Virus record (IMG/VR): IMGVR_UViG_3300030419_003589
Location: 32,001-96,000 of that record
DNA: 64,000 bases
Source of the DNA: a virus
Reading direction: 5' to 3' (one strand)
The position numbers and the translations under genes were made by a program. Below, one piece after another: positions 47,253 through 55,176 of the stretch. The notes below the pieces were generated by a model. That model was not told the origin of the DNA. It saw only the letters and a program-made list of their open reading frames with translations, and did no database searches. Numbering within the stretch: the stretch's first letter is position 1; the number at the start of each line of letters is the position of its first letter.

Positions 47253-48535
47253 TATATCAACTCCTTAATTGGTTCTCTGTGATCCAGAAGATACTGAGGT
47301 CTTCCGGTTCTATCTAATAAAGTGGTTGACATAGTATCAATACCCAACCCTCTATACATTGTTGCGCAAATTTCTTGAATATGCACAGGTCTGGTTTCTG
47401 GAACCTCACCAAGCCTATTGGTTTCTCCGATGGTCTGGCCATGATTAAAGCCTCCTCCTGCGAGTAAAGCACAAGAAACTTGAGGCCAATGGTCACGACC
47501 ACCCTTTGGATTAATCTTAGGCGTTCTACCAAACTCTCCCCATACTACCACGAGCGTATCGTCTAGCATACCACGTTGATCGAGATCTCGAACAAGCGCG
47601 GACACGCATTGATCCAACTTTGCTCCATGATCTCTAACTAAATCAAAATTAGAACCGTGACTGTCCCATCGACCGTAAGAAAGTGTGACAGACCTAGCTC
47701 CAGCTTCGACAAGTCGTCTTGCCATCAGTACATGCTCATTTACAGTAGGCGCTCCATCGTATTGAAATTTGAATGGTTTGCCGTCTCCGTACATCTCTTT
47801 AATTTTTGGATCTTCTTTTGATAAGTCCAAAGCATCGACTAAAGAGCTTGATGTCAATACCCCAAAAGCTTCTTCCGTAAATGTATCTACACCAACAGCA
47901 CTATCAATAGTCTTGTTTAATGTTGCAAATCCATTCAGTAGGTCTTTTCTATTTTTAAACCTTTCAACCTGCATGTTAAGCTTAAGGTCTTTCATCATCT
48001 CACCATTTGGTTTAAATGGCTTATGTGTATCCCCTAGATATCCGGCTCCACCAGCTTCTGACCAAGGGCCGTGCTGTGTGGGCTCTGCTAGTCCTACGGC
48101 AACCGGTACGGCAGGATCAACTGAGCCTAAAATCTTAGAAGCACACGCTCCGATAGCGGGATAGCTAGTGCCTGAAACCATATCCTTACGGCTCCAGCCA
48201 GTGACACATTGGTGACCATCATGTGAGCCATCTGACCCCACTACCGAGCGAATTGCTGTAAACTTATCAAACATAGAAGCAATCTGTGGAAAACATTCAC
48301 CGATGTATACACCCGCCACGTTGGTCGAGATCGGCTTAAAAGGTCCACGAATTTCCGAAGGTGCTTCTGTTTTTATATCCCACATATCTTGATGTGGAGG
48401 GCCACCGCCCAAGAAAATATTAATTACTGCTTTATGTGACGTACCACTTTTCTCTTGAGCATAAAGAACCTGCGGCATAGAAAGGAGACCTAAGCCCCCT
48501 ACCGATAAGAAACTTCTACGTGATAAATTTAGCAT
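47252..48535 (-). CDS. DUF1501-family protein with Tat signal (copy 2)
   Basis: SRRSFL...LYA signal; IFLGGGPPHQDMWDIK.EAPSEIRGPF, GRWDSH, VWGEFGRTPKIN..GGRDHWP. Confidence 0.9.
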   Translation of the reverse strand: MLNLSRRSFLSVGGLGLLSMPQVLYAQEKSGTSHKAVINIFLGGGPPHQDMWDIKTEAPSEIRGPFKPISTNVAGVYIGECFPQIASMFDKFTAIRSVVGSDGSHDGHQCVTGWSRKDMVSGTSYPAIGACASKILGSVDPAVPVAVGLAEPTQHGPWSEAGGAGYLGDTHKPFKPNGEMMKDLKLNMQVERFKNRKDLLNGFATLNKTIDSAVGVDTFTEEAFGVLTSSSLVDALDLSKEDPKIKEMYGDGKPFKFQYDGAPTVNEHVLMARRLVEAGARSVTLSYGRWDSHGSNFDLVRDHGAKLDQCVSALVRDLDQRGMLDDTLVVVWGEFGRTPKINPKGGRDHWPQVSCALLAGGGFNHGQTIGETNRLGEVPETRPVHIQEICATMYRGLGIDTMSTTLLDRTGRPQYLLDHREPIKELI

Positions 48536-48552
48536 TTTTGCTTACTCCTCTT

Positions 48553-48954
48553 CTAGTGTCTTCTTCTTTTACAGTTGGGGCACATTCCGCCATTTTTAAC
48601 ATGTCGGTGCGGGCCTCTTCTGTGGTGAGGATGTTTTCCTCTTGGTTCATAATTAGGCTTTCCTTCTGGTCTGCCATGATTGGGTCTACCTTGCGGTTTG
48701 CCCTGCGGTCTACCTTGGGGTCTACCTTGGGGTCTCCCGTGATGAGGCCTGTGTTCCATTTCCCGTGGGCCACTCTTGGGTTTGCAGCAGCCGTCCCTGC
48801 ATCTGCATCCTCTTCTACAGTCACATCTGCATCGGGGGTCACATTTGTCACAGTCTCTGCAAGATGGCCTTTCTCCTCTTGGATGGTCAGCAAGCAAGCT
48901 AGTTGGTGCTACCACGCAAGAAGCGATGGCCATTAACATATTTCTTCTATTCAT
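48553..48954 (-). CDS. Putative Tat-exported metallothionein-like Cys/His/Arg-rich protein
   Basis: MNRRNML...LLA leader; 10 Cys in 26 residues; G(R/K)P(Q/N/E) repeats; His-rich; C-terminal CPNC; GGGAG RBS. Confidence 0.65.
   Translation of the reverse strand: MNRRNMLMAIASCVVAPTSLLADHPRGERPSCRDCDKCDPRCRCDCRRGCRCRDGCCKPKSGPREMEHRPHHGRPQGRPQGRPQGKPQGRPNHGRPEGKPNYEPRGKHPHHRRGPHRHVKNGGMCPNCKRRRH
48679..48738. repeat. 12-nt coding tandem repeat (GRPQ/GKPQ)
   Basis: About five units of ttggggtctacc and variants. Confidence 0.8.
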
Positions 48955-48969
48955 AACATCTCCCTTTCG

Positions 48970-50226
48970 TTAGCTAATTAGTTCTTGAATAATCTTACCA
49001 CCATCAACGATTTCAATTGGACGATCACCGGGAGCCATTAGCTCTTTATCAGCAACAATGCCCAATCTGTTATAGATGGTAGCCGCCCAATCCTCTATGC
49101 TGACTGGGTCTTGGTCTGGCTCACTAGCGGTTGCATTTGATGTGCCATAAGTGAGACCTCTCTTGATTCCTCCACCCGCCATAATAGTACTAAATACCTT
49201 TGGCCAGTGATCTCTTCCTGCGCTGGCGTTGATTTTTGGAGTTCTACCAAACTCTGAGACAACGCAAACCAATGTGGAATCTAATAATCCGCGATCATCC
49301 AAGTCTTCGATAAGAGTTGCAAAGCCTTGATCGAAAGCCGGTAGCTGACTTTTCATGCCATTGGATATGTTATCGTGCATATCCCAGCCGCCGTAGGTGA
49401 GTGTTACGAATCTTGTTCCAAACTCTACTAGTCTGCGGGCCAGCAGCATCCTAGCTCCCGCAGTATTTCTTCCATATCTGTCTCTTAAGGCCGCTGGTTC
49501 TTTTTCTATATCAAATGCTTCTCTTGCATTTTGGTCTCCTATAAGGCTATATGCTCTTTGATAAAAAGAGTTAACGGCAGTCAAGGAGTCCGCATCTTCT
49601 TTCTTGTTAAACTCAGTGTTTACAATATCTAGAACACGCCGTCTTCTACTAAATCTTGCATCCTCCACCGGCACTTTTAAATCTCTAACCTGAAAGTTTT
49701 TACTGGCGGGATCGGAACCTAATCCGAATCCAGAGTATGAGCTGCTTAAATATCCAGTGCCTGCAAATTCATTAGGTTGGTTTGGGATGCAGACATACGG
49801 AGGGAGGTTTTTACGTGGCCCAAACTCGTGCGCAACCACTGAACCCATAGATGGGTATTGAAGGGCTGGGCTAGGTCTGTAACCAGTAAACATATTGTGT
49901 GTGCCACGCTCATGGGCTGCCTCTCCGTGTGTCAGACTGCGAATGATAGCAATTTTATCTGTTATCTTCGCTGTTTTACCCAATAGTTCTCCGAGGCGAA
50001 TCCCCGGAACATTGGTTTCAATACTACCAAGTGGCCCACGATATTCTAGGGGAGCGAATGGCTTAGGATCAAATGTCTCCTGATGAGCCATTCCCCCCGG
50101 AAGGTAAATAAAGATGATGCTCTTAGCTGGCCCCTCCTTGCTATCATAATGTTTTTGATCTGCTCTAGCGAGAGATGCACCAAAACTACCTAAGATTCCA
50201 GCTTGTAAAAAAGACCTTCTTTTCAT
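48970..50226 (-). CDS. DUF1501-family protein with Tat signal (copy 3)
   Basis: MKRRSFL...ARA signal; IYLPGGMAHQETFDPKP.APLEYRGP, GGWDMH, VSEFGRTPKIN..AGRDHWP. Confidence 0.9.
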   Translation of the reverse strand: MKRRSFLQAGILGSFGASLARADQKHYDSKEGPAKSIIFIYLPGGMAHQETFDPKPFAPLEYRGPLGSIETNVPGIRLGELLGKTAKITDKIAIIRSLTHGEAAHERGTHNMFTGYRPSPALQYPSMGSVVAHEFGPRKNLPPYVCIPNQPNEFAGTGYLSSSYSGFGLGSDPASKNFQVRDLKVPVEDARFSRRRRVLDIVNTEFNKKEDADSLTAVNSFYQRAYSLIGDQNAREAFDIEKEPAALRDRYGRNTAGARMLLARRLVEFGTRFVTLTYGGWDMHDNISNGMKSQLPAFDQGFATLIEDLDDRGLLDSTLVCVVSEFGRTPKINASAGRDHWPKVFSTIMAGGGIKRGLTYGTSNATASEPDQDPVSIEDWAATIYNRLGIVADKELMAPGDRPIEIVDGGKIIQELIS

Positions 50227-50241
50227 TACCTGTTCCTTATT

Positions 50242-50382
50242 CTAGAATAAAAACCTTGACCACCAACCTTGGGACGCGCCCAAGAAATAAATCCCAACTA
50301 AAGCTCCGCCAACGAGTGCGGCACGCCTAACTAGCCTATGCTTTCTAATAAAATTAGCAATCGGACCATCAAATAGTGGCAT
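50242..50382 (-). CDS. 46-aa single-TM peptide (below the ORF-track cutoff)
   Basis: MPLFDGPIANFIRKHRLVRRAALVGGALVGIYFLGASQGWWSRFLF, with a GGAGGT RBS 4 nt upstream; fills the gap between DUF1501 copies 4 and 3. Confidence 0.75.
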   Translation of the reverse strand: MPLFDGPIANFIRKHRLVRRAALVGGALVGIYFLGASQGWWSRFLF

Positions 50383-50399
50383 AGTTACCTCCATTAAAA

Positions 50400-51662
50400 T
50401 TAAAGAATTACTTTCGCTTCACCCTCCAACAAATATCTGGGACGACCAGACATGTCAGTACGTTGAATTGCTCCGTCAATTCCAAAATGGTCAAACAGCG
50501 TTGCTTGTAGGTCGAGTGGCCCCACTGGGTTTTCTATGGGGCTATACGATCTGTCTGCTTCACCAATCGTTCTTCCTGATTGATAATTACCACCGGCCAT
50601 CATCATTGGCGTAATTGCAGGCCAATGGTCACGTCCAGCGTTTGCGTTTATTTTAGTTCTACCAAATTCTCCCGTAACCACCAAGAGAACTTTCTCATTC
50701 AAACCGCGATCCCACAGATCTTGCAGAAATCCGCTTATGGCTTTGTCAATTGGTGCAACCCTTTTCTTTAGTGCGTCTGAGATGTTGCTATGCATATCCC
50801 ACCCACCATAGTGTAAGGTAACAAATTTTGTTCCATGCTCTACAAGTCTTCTTGCTAAGAGCATCTGTTCACCAATATCGTTAGCTTTTTCAGATCCGTA
50901 AAGAGCTTTGGTTGCTTCCGACTCATTGTCTGTAGCAAATGCGTCTTTAGCAGATCCAAGAATCACATCATAAGCCTGCCCTTTATAGAATCCAACTGAT
51001 TTAGCGCTTTTACCAGAGATGTCTTTGGCTGCTGAACCTAGTTCGCTCAACAATGATTTTCTAGTATTAAATCTGTCAAGCTGTATCCTTGGTGTTAGAT
51101 TGTCTTTATTTGATGGGTCGAATGGCTTATACGCCCCTCCCAACCAAGCGCCTTCGTCACCTTCAATTTTACCCTGCTTGACATATGAAGGGACTCCATT
51201 TTGAGGATGGTTAGTACCATAAACGGCAGAGATTAGAGAGCCAAAAGAGGGGTATTTTGCCGTAGATGTGGTAGTTCTTTCTGGATTGTAGTGTCCAGTC
51301 ATCATAAAGTGCGTCCCTTGCCTGTGGGAAGAGTCTTTATGACTAAAAGAGTTTACAACATTTAATTTTGAAGTATGTTTAGAGAGTTCATGCCAATCTT
51401 CCCCTAAAGTAATGTTTGTTTTAGGGTCGTGCTTTGCACCATTTACTGGCTTCCACTCTGTTGGAACAGTATCTTTTGGGGCATGGAAAGTTTCAAATTG
51501 TGTTGGGCCTCCTCCAAGCCATACCCAAACAACTGATTTATCTCCATAACTTTGTAGTGTATTTGCAGCGAAAGCGGCGTCAGACAGACCAACGGCAGTC
51601 ATTCCCGCTCCAATAGATCCAATCCTAAGAAAATCCCTTCTGTTAAAGTAAAAATCTAACAA
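50400..51662 (-). CDS. DUF1501-family protein with Tat signal (copy 4, most divergent)
   Basis: TTG start with GGAG 8 nt upstream; NRRDFL...AFA signal; VWLGGGPTQFETF, GGWDMH, VTGEFGRTKIN.NAGRDHWP. Confidence 0.88.
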   Translation of the reverse strand: MLDFYFNRRDFLRIGSIGAGMTAVGLSDAAFAANTLQSYGDKSVVWVWLGGGPTQFETFHAPKDTVPTEWKPVNGAKHDPKTNITLGEDWHELSKHTSKLNVVNSFSHKDSSHRQGTHFMMTGHYNPERTTTSTAKYPSFGSLISAVYGTNHPQNGVPSYVKQGKIEGDEGAWLGGAYKPFDPSNKDNLTPRIQLDRFNTRKSLLSELGSAAKDISGKSAKSVGFYKGQAYDVILGSAKDAFATDNESEATKALYGSEKANDIGEQMLLARRLVEHGTKFVTLHYGGWDMHSNISDALKKRVAPIDKAISGFLQDLWDRGLNEKVLLVVTGEFGRTKINANAGRDHWPAITPMMMAGGNYQSGRTIGEADRSYSPIENPVGPLDLQATLFDHFGIDGAIQRTDMSGRPRYLLEGEAKVIL

Positions 51663-51680
51663 TTTTTCATCTCCATATGC

Positions 51681-52718
51681 TTACCCCGGAGCTTCATAAA
51701 AACCTATATTAAAGCCCGGACGTGTGCATTCTTCTAAAGTTTTTTCCATACCGTGTTTTTTTAAGTGCTTCTCTATATATATACACATTTTCTCGTCTGT
51801 GCCTTCCCAATTGTTTTTACAAAAATGACACAGATACTTACATTTCCAATGAGTTCTAGTAGAATCTAGGAGTTGAGGGTTGTTATTTTGTCTAATTTCC
51901 TCTACCCTGTCTTTTAACATGCCTAAAAACCTAGCTTCATCACTCTTGTCAAACATAAGCGAAAATGGCCTTGGATCTGGATCTCCATCTTTGTCTTTAT
52001 AGAAGAAAATGCTCATAATCCTGTTTGGGAATTCTGGATATAACTTTGATATAGCATAGAAATATAAGAGTAATTGAGCGTCATTCTCTAGTTTTTTGTA
52101 GTCCTTTACTTCGCCTGTAGCCCAGTCCATACGGCGGCCAGTCTTCCAGTCGATCACTTCTATAGTTTCATCGTCAATTTTAGTAACGAGGTCAATCGTG
52201 CCCTTAATGGCTAATTGTCCTTCAACCTTTTCCCCGTTTATTTCATATTCAAACTTTGCCCAATCTTCTTCTATTGGTATGTCAAAATGAGGCTCAGGGT
52301 GATGTATATTCCTATATCTAGGATCAAACTGCCCATCACCGTGTCTCAAAAAAGTCCATACCGTCTCAGTTATGTCCCTTCTGTCTTTTGGCCCAAACTT
52401 GTGTACTGAGTTCTTGGCGTAGCAGTCTATCGCTATTTCGCATAATTCATTTACAAAGTCATCTGTGTATAATTCATCCTTATGAATTCTTATTTTGCCA
52501 GCCGCATCATCCTCCACAACCAAGTAACGCTTCCTTGAGTTGTCTTGTTGAAATTTTTTGAGTCCAGCCAGTACCTCCATTACCTTGTGGGCCATAGTTC
52601 CCATGTCGGCCTTTTTGCCACTATCGGACTGATGGCCTAGAACATAGGTTATAAAGTATTGCATTTGGCAATACGCATAATTATTATAGCTTGAACTTCT
52701 TACATAAGTAACTAACAT
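51681..52718 (-). CDS. Cas4/AddB-like PD-(D/E)XK exonuclease with Fe-S Cys motif
   Basis: N-terminal YCQMQY Cys, KGTIDLV..EVIDWKTG, QLLLY, C-terminal CKYLCHFC. Confidence 0.82.
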   Translation of the reverse strand: MLVTYVRSSSYNNYAYCQMQYFITYVLGHQSDSGKKADMGTMAHKVMEVLAGLKKFQQDNSRKRYLVVEDDAAGKIRIHKDELYTDDFVNELCEIAIDCYAKNSVHKFGPKDRRDITETVWTFLRHGDGQFDPRYRNIHHPEPHFDIPIEEDWAKFEYEINGEKVEGQLAIKGTIDLVTKIDDETIEVIDWKTGRRMDWATGEVKDYKKLENDAQLLLYFYAISKLYPEFPNRIMSIFFYKDKDGDPDPRPFSLMFDKSDEARFLGMLKDRVEEIRQNNNPQLLDSTRTHWKCKYLCHFCKNNWEGTDEKMCIYIEKHLKKHGMEKTLEECTRPGFNIGFYEAPG

Positions 52719-52719
52719 A

Positions 52720-53499
52720 TTATTCCTTTAAGTGATGGTACATTTTCTTGACCTTCACTATCAGGGAATCAATACTTTCATTGCTATTTTCTATATACAG
52801 TGTGAAGGGATAATTATCTAATGCCGTCTCGCTTGAGTGGCTATCTTCTGAGATTTTTCTTGTTAAACGAATAACATGTCCTCCAGCAGATTGAATAGCA
52901 TCCGCTTCGTCGGGGAATCTAACATCGGCAATTATGGATAGCTGCGATTGCTCTCGTTTAATTTTCTTTATACAGGAGTTTACCCATATAGACTGATGAA
53001 TACCTCTACAGACATCCGTGCCAAAAAATTGCATAAATTCACGGGCGGTCATTGGGCCTTCTTTCCAGCCATGACTTGTTCTTGCGTCTGGTGGTAGTAT
53101 TTTCTTCATCATCGTAGAGTTTATTGCTTTGGGCATCTTTTCCCAAAGAAGGTGATCCTGAAGCCGGTTCTTCTGCTCGTCGGTTCCCCATACGCACTCT
53201 GCGGGTATGTCGAATAGCTCTGAGCATATATGCTTTAAGCTGTCTGCGAAGCTGTATAGCTTAACATGGGGCCACATGTTGTGGTCTGCATACTCAACAA
53301 ATGAAGGGTCTTTTCTGGTTATATCAAATTCCCCCCAACCCTCTGCCCCAGACGAATCTTCTGTCAAGATCATCAATTCGCCGTTACGACCAAGGTTCCA
53401 ATCTTTTACTAACTCTCTGTCCTTAAGAATTACGCCGTGAAGTATATTGGCGACTGTATTTTTACCGGCCTGTTTACGCCCCGAAATTCCTAGTATCAT
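52720..53499 (-). CDS. Deoxynucleoside monophosphate kinase
   Basis: GISGRKQAGKNT P-loop, SFADSLK, REFMQFFGTD, ADVRFPDE, HSSE. Confidence 0.85.
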   Translation of the reverse strand: MILGISGRKQAGKNTVANILHGVILKDRELVKDWNLGRNGELMILTEDSSGAEGWGEFDITRKDPSFVEYADHNMWPHVKLYSFADSLKHICSELFDIPAECVWGTDEQKNRLQDHLLWEKMPKAINSTMMKKILPPDARTSHGWKEGPMTAREFMQFFGTDVCRGIHQSIWVNSCIKKIKREQSQLSIIADVRFPDEADAIQSAGGHVIRLTRKISEDSHSSETALDNYPFTLYIENSNESIDSLIVKVKKMYHHLKE

Positions 53500-54527
53500 T
53501 AATAGTATCCTTGTAAGTCTTTTAAAATGTTCTCTTTGATTGTCTCAGTTAGCATGTTACCCAAATCTTTTGTGTGCATATGCGGAAAGACTAACTTAAA
53601 TAGTCTCCCCACATCTCTCTTTATCTTTATCTTGGACTCTCTGCCAGCTTGATCGTTATCTGTTAAGATCACTAGTGTGGTTGCTCCACTCTTGAGTAGG
53701 AGGCTTCGCTGCTTGTTTGATATATCTTTACCAAATAATCCCACAGCGTTTTTTACTCCGCACTCCCATAGCTTCCAGACATCCCCCTGCCCCTCTACCA
53801 AGAATATACATTTACTTTTCTTTACTGCTTCAATCGCTCCATCATAATTGTACAAATAGTCTGTCTTCTTTATGCCGCTTGAAAATAAGTATTTAGGTTG
53901 TAGCCAGTCTTTTGTTGATCTAGCTATGTAGCCTATTTCCGATCCACCAAAGTAAATAGGAATAATTGATCTATGACGCATTGGAGATCTGTTGTTATTA
54001 CAATCTCTTACGTTAAAGTGGCTAAGGGTTCTACGGTTAAACCCCCTACTCTCAAAGTAAGGAGATCCGTCCGATGTCTCAACCCGTTCAATCTGAGGCT
54101 GTATATTTACTAAGTCCTGTTTCTTGCGTACGGTTTTTACTAAGTTACCAAACAAGTCTTCTTTAGGCTTTACCTTCTTTTTTGCTTCAGTCTTTGCGTC
54201 ATTTACGTTGTATAAATTGCAAACGTACTTTAGCGCATCCGAGAAGGAATCTGTATGAAGTACACCTTTAACTAAACCGAATATATCTGTATTGTAGTGC
54301 TCATGACATCCACGAGTCCAGCATCTCCAAGCCTGTTTGGTCAAGGATATTGATACCCCTTGTGGGTTATCACTGCCCTCGTGAATAGGACACTTCATAA
54401 ATATATTATCCGCCACCTGCTCATATTCCAAGTCAAAACTATCTAAAAGTTTCTCAATGTCTTCAAATATGATGTTCTTTACTTTTTTTAGGTCTAGAGT
54501 CTTTTTTGGTACACTCTTGCTACGCAT
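53499..54527 (-). CDS. dnaG: DnaG-type DNA primase (Zn finger + TOPRIM)
   Basis: CPIH...WRCWTRGC zinc finger; LVEGQGDV; LTDNDQAG; KDLG. Confidence 0.88.
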   Translation of the reverse strand: MRSKSVPKKTLDLKKVKNIIFEDIEKLLDSFDLEYEQVADNIFMKCPIHEGSDNPQGVSISLTKQAWRCWTRGCHEHYNTDIFGLVKGVLHTDSFSDALKYVCNLYNVNDAKTEAKKKVKPKEDLFGNLVKTVRKKQDLVNIQPQIERVETSDGSPYFESRGFNRRTLSHFNVRDCNNNRSPMRHRSIIPIYFGGSEIGYIARSTKDWLQPKYLFSSGIKKTDYLYNYDGAIEAVKKSKCIFLVEGQGDVWKLWECGVKNAVGLFGKDISNKQRSLLLKSGATTLVILTDNDQAGRESKIKIKRDVGRLFKLVFPHMHTKDLGNMLTETIKENILKDLQGYY

Positions 54528-54976
54528 TTACAATTATCCTTGCATAATGGACATCTATGTTTACAATTAGAATAGAAACCTTGTAATTCTTCTTCGGCGG
54601 TAAAGCCATTACGCTCCAGTGTTCTGCATGATGGGCACTGCCCGTTAGTTCTAACCCAAGCGTATGATTTTAAAAATTTACAACCCTTTTCCTTCAGGTA
54701 CTTTAACCTTATCTCTGTAAGCTCTTGTCCTATCCCCTTACCTCTATGGTCGGGGTCTACAACAACGCACTTTAAAACTCCGAACTCCTCCTCTAGCGCG
54801 ACGGCTGCCCATCCTACAATTTTGCCGTCTAACGTACACGCCCAAGCACGCTCTATTTGGTTCAAGTGTTCTGAAAAGTATCCTCCGCCAAGGGCGTTGT
54901 CAACTATGCAGCGTGCTGTATATACATGTCCCATGCCTATGGCGGGATTTGGCAGTGCAACATATTTGTAGTTCAT
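54494..54976 (-). CDS. GNAT-family acetyltransferase with Cys-rich C-terminus
   Basis: VVVDPDHRGKGIGQEL acetyl-CoA motif; CPSC; CKHRCPLCKDNCKC. Start moved to MNYKYV (ATGA overlap). Confidence 0.8.
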   Translation of the reverse strand: MNYKYVALPNPAIGMGHVYTARCIVDNALGGGYFSEHLNQIERAWACTLDGKIVGWAAVALEEEFGVLKCVVVDPDHRGKGIGQELTEIRLKYLKEKGCKFLKSYAWVRTNGQCPSCRTLERNGFTAEEELQGFYSNCKHRCPLCKDNCKCVARVYQKRL

Positions 54977-55176
54977 TTTTTCTCTTTGGGTGGCATGTAT
55001 CCGAATATGTGTCCGCACGTATAGCCTACCGCAAAAGATATAAAAGGCGCTTCAAGCGCTGAGTCTTGCATAAATCTACTGATGCTTAATGGAATTCCGC
55101 CAACAGTTACTGCTAGCAGATCATACATTCCAAGTGCGATAACCGAGAAGGTTACTATCTTTGCTGTCAATGACAT
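54973..55176 (-). CDS. Small two-TM membrane protein (holin-like size)
   Basis: Two hydrophobic segments and a basic C-terminus; coupled on both sides. Confidence 0.6.
   Translation of the reverse strand: MSLTAKIVTFSVIALGMYDLLAVTVGGIPLSISRFMQDSALEAPFISFAVGYTCGHIFGYMPPKEKK

Noticed and set aside
48516-48936. Alternative-frame and antisense ORFs over the Cys-rich gene (48516-48893, 48520-48936)
   Set aside because: They stay open because of the 12-nt repeat. Only 48553-48954 has an RBS, a signal peptide and a non-overlapping fit.
44804-51662. Calling the DUF1501 proteins sulfatases
   Set aside because: I found no C/S-x-P-x-R formylglycine motif in any copy and no maturation enzyme nearby, so activity is left open.
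51655-51675. Frameshifted ATG start (ATGAAAAATTG) for DUF1501 copy 4
   Set aside because: That ATG abuts the GGAG and gives MKNC-stop. The in-frame TTG has GGAG at a normal 8-nt spacing, so no frameshift is needed.
51681-52718. Cas4-like nuclease as a sign of a CRISPR-Cas locus
   Set aside because: No repeat-spacer array and no cas1/cas2 or effector genes in the window. Solo Cas4-like nucleases are common phage replication/recombination genes.
54973-55176. Firm holin call
   Set aside because: Size and two TM segments fit, but there is no endolysin or spanin nearby and the context is replication genes.
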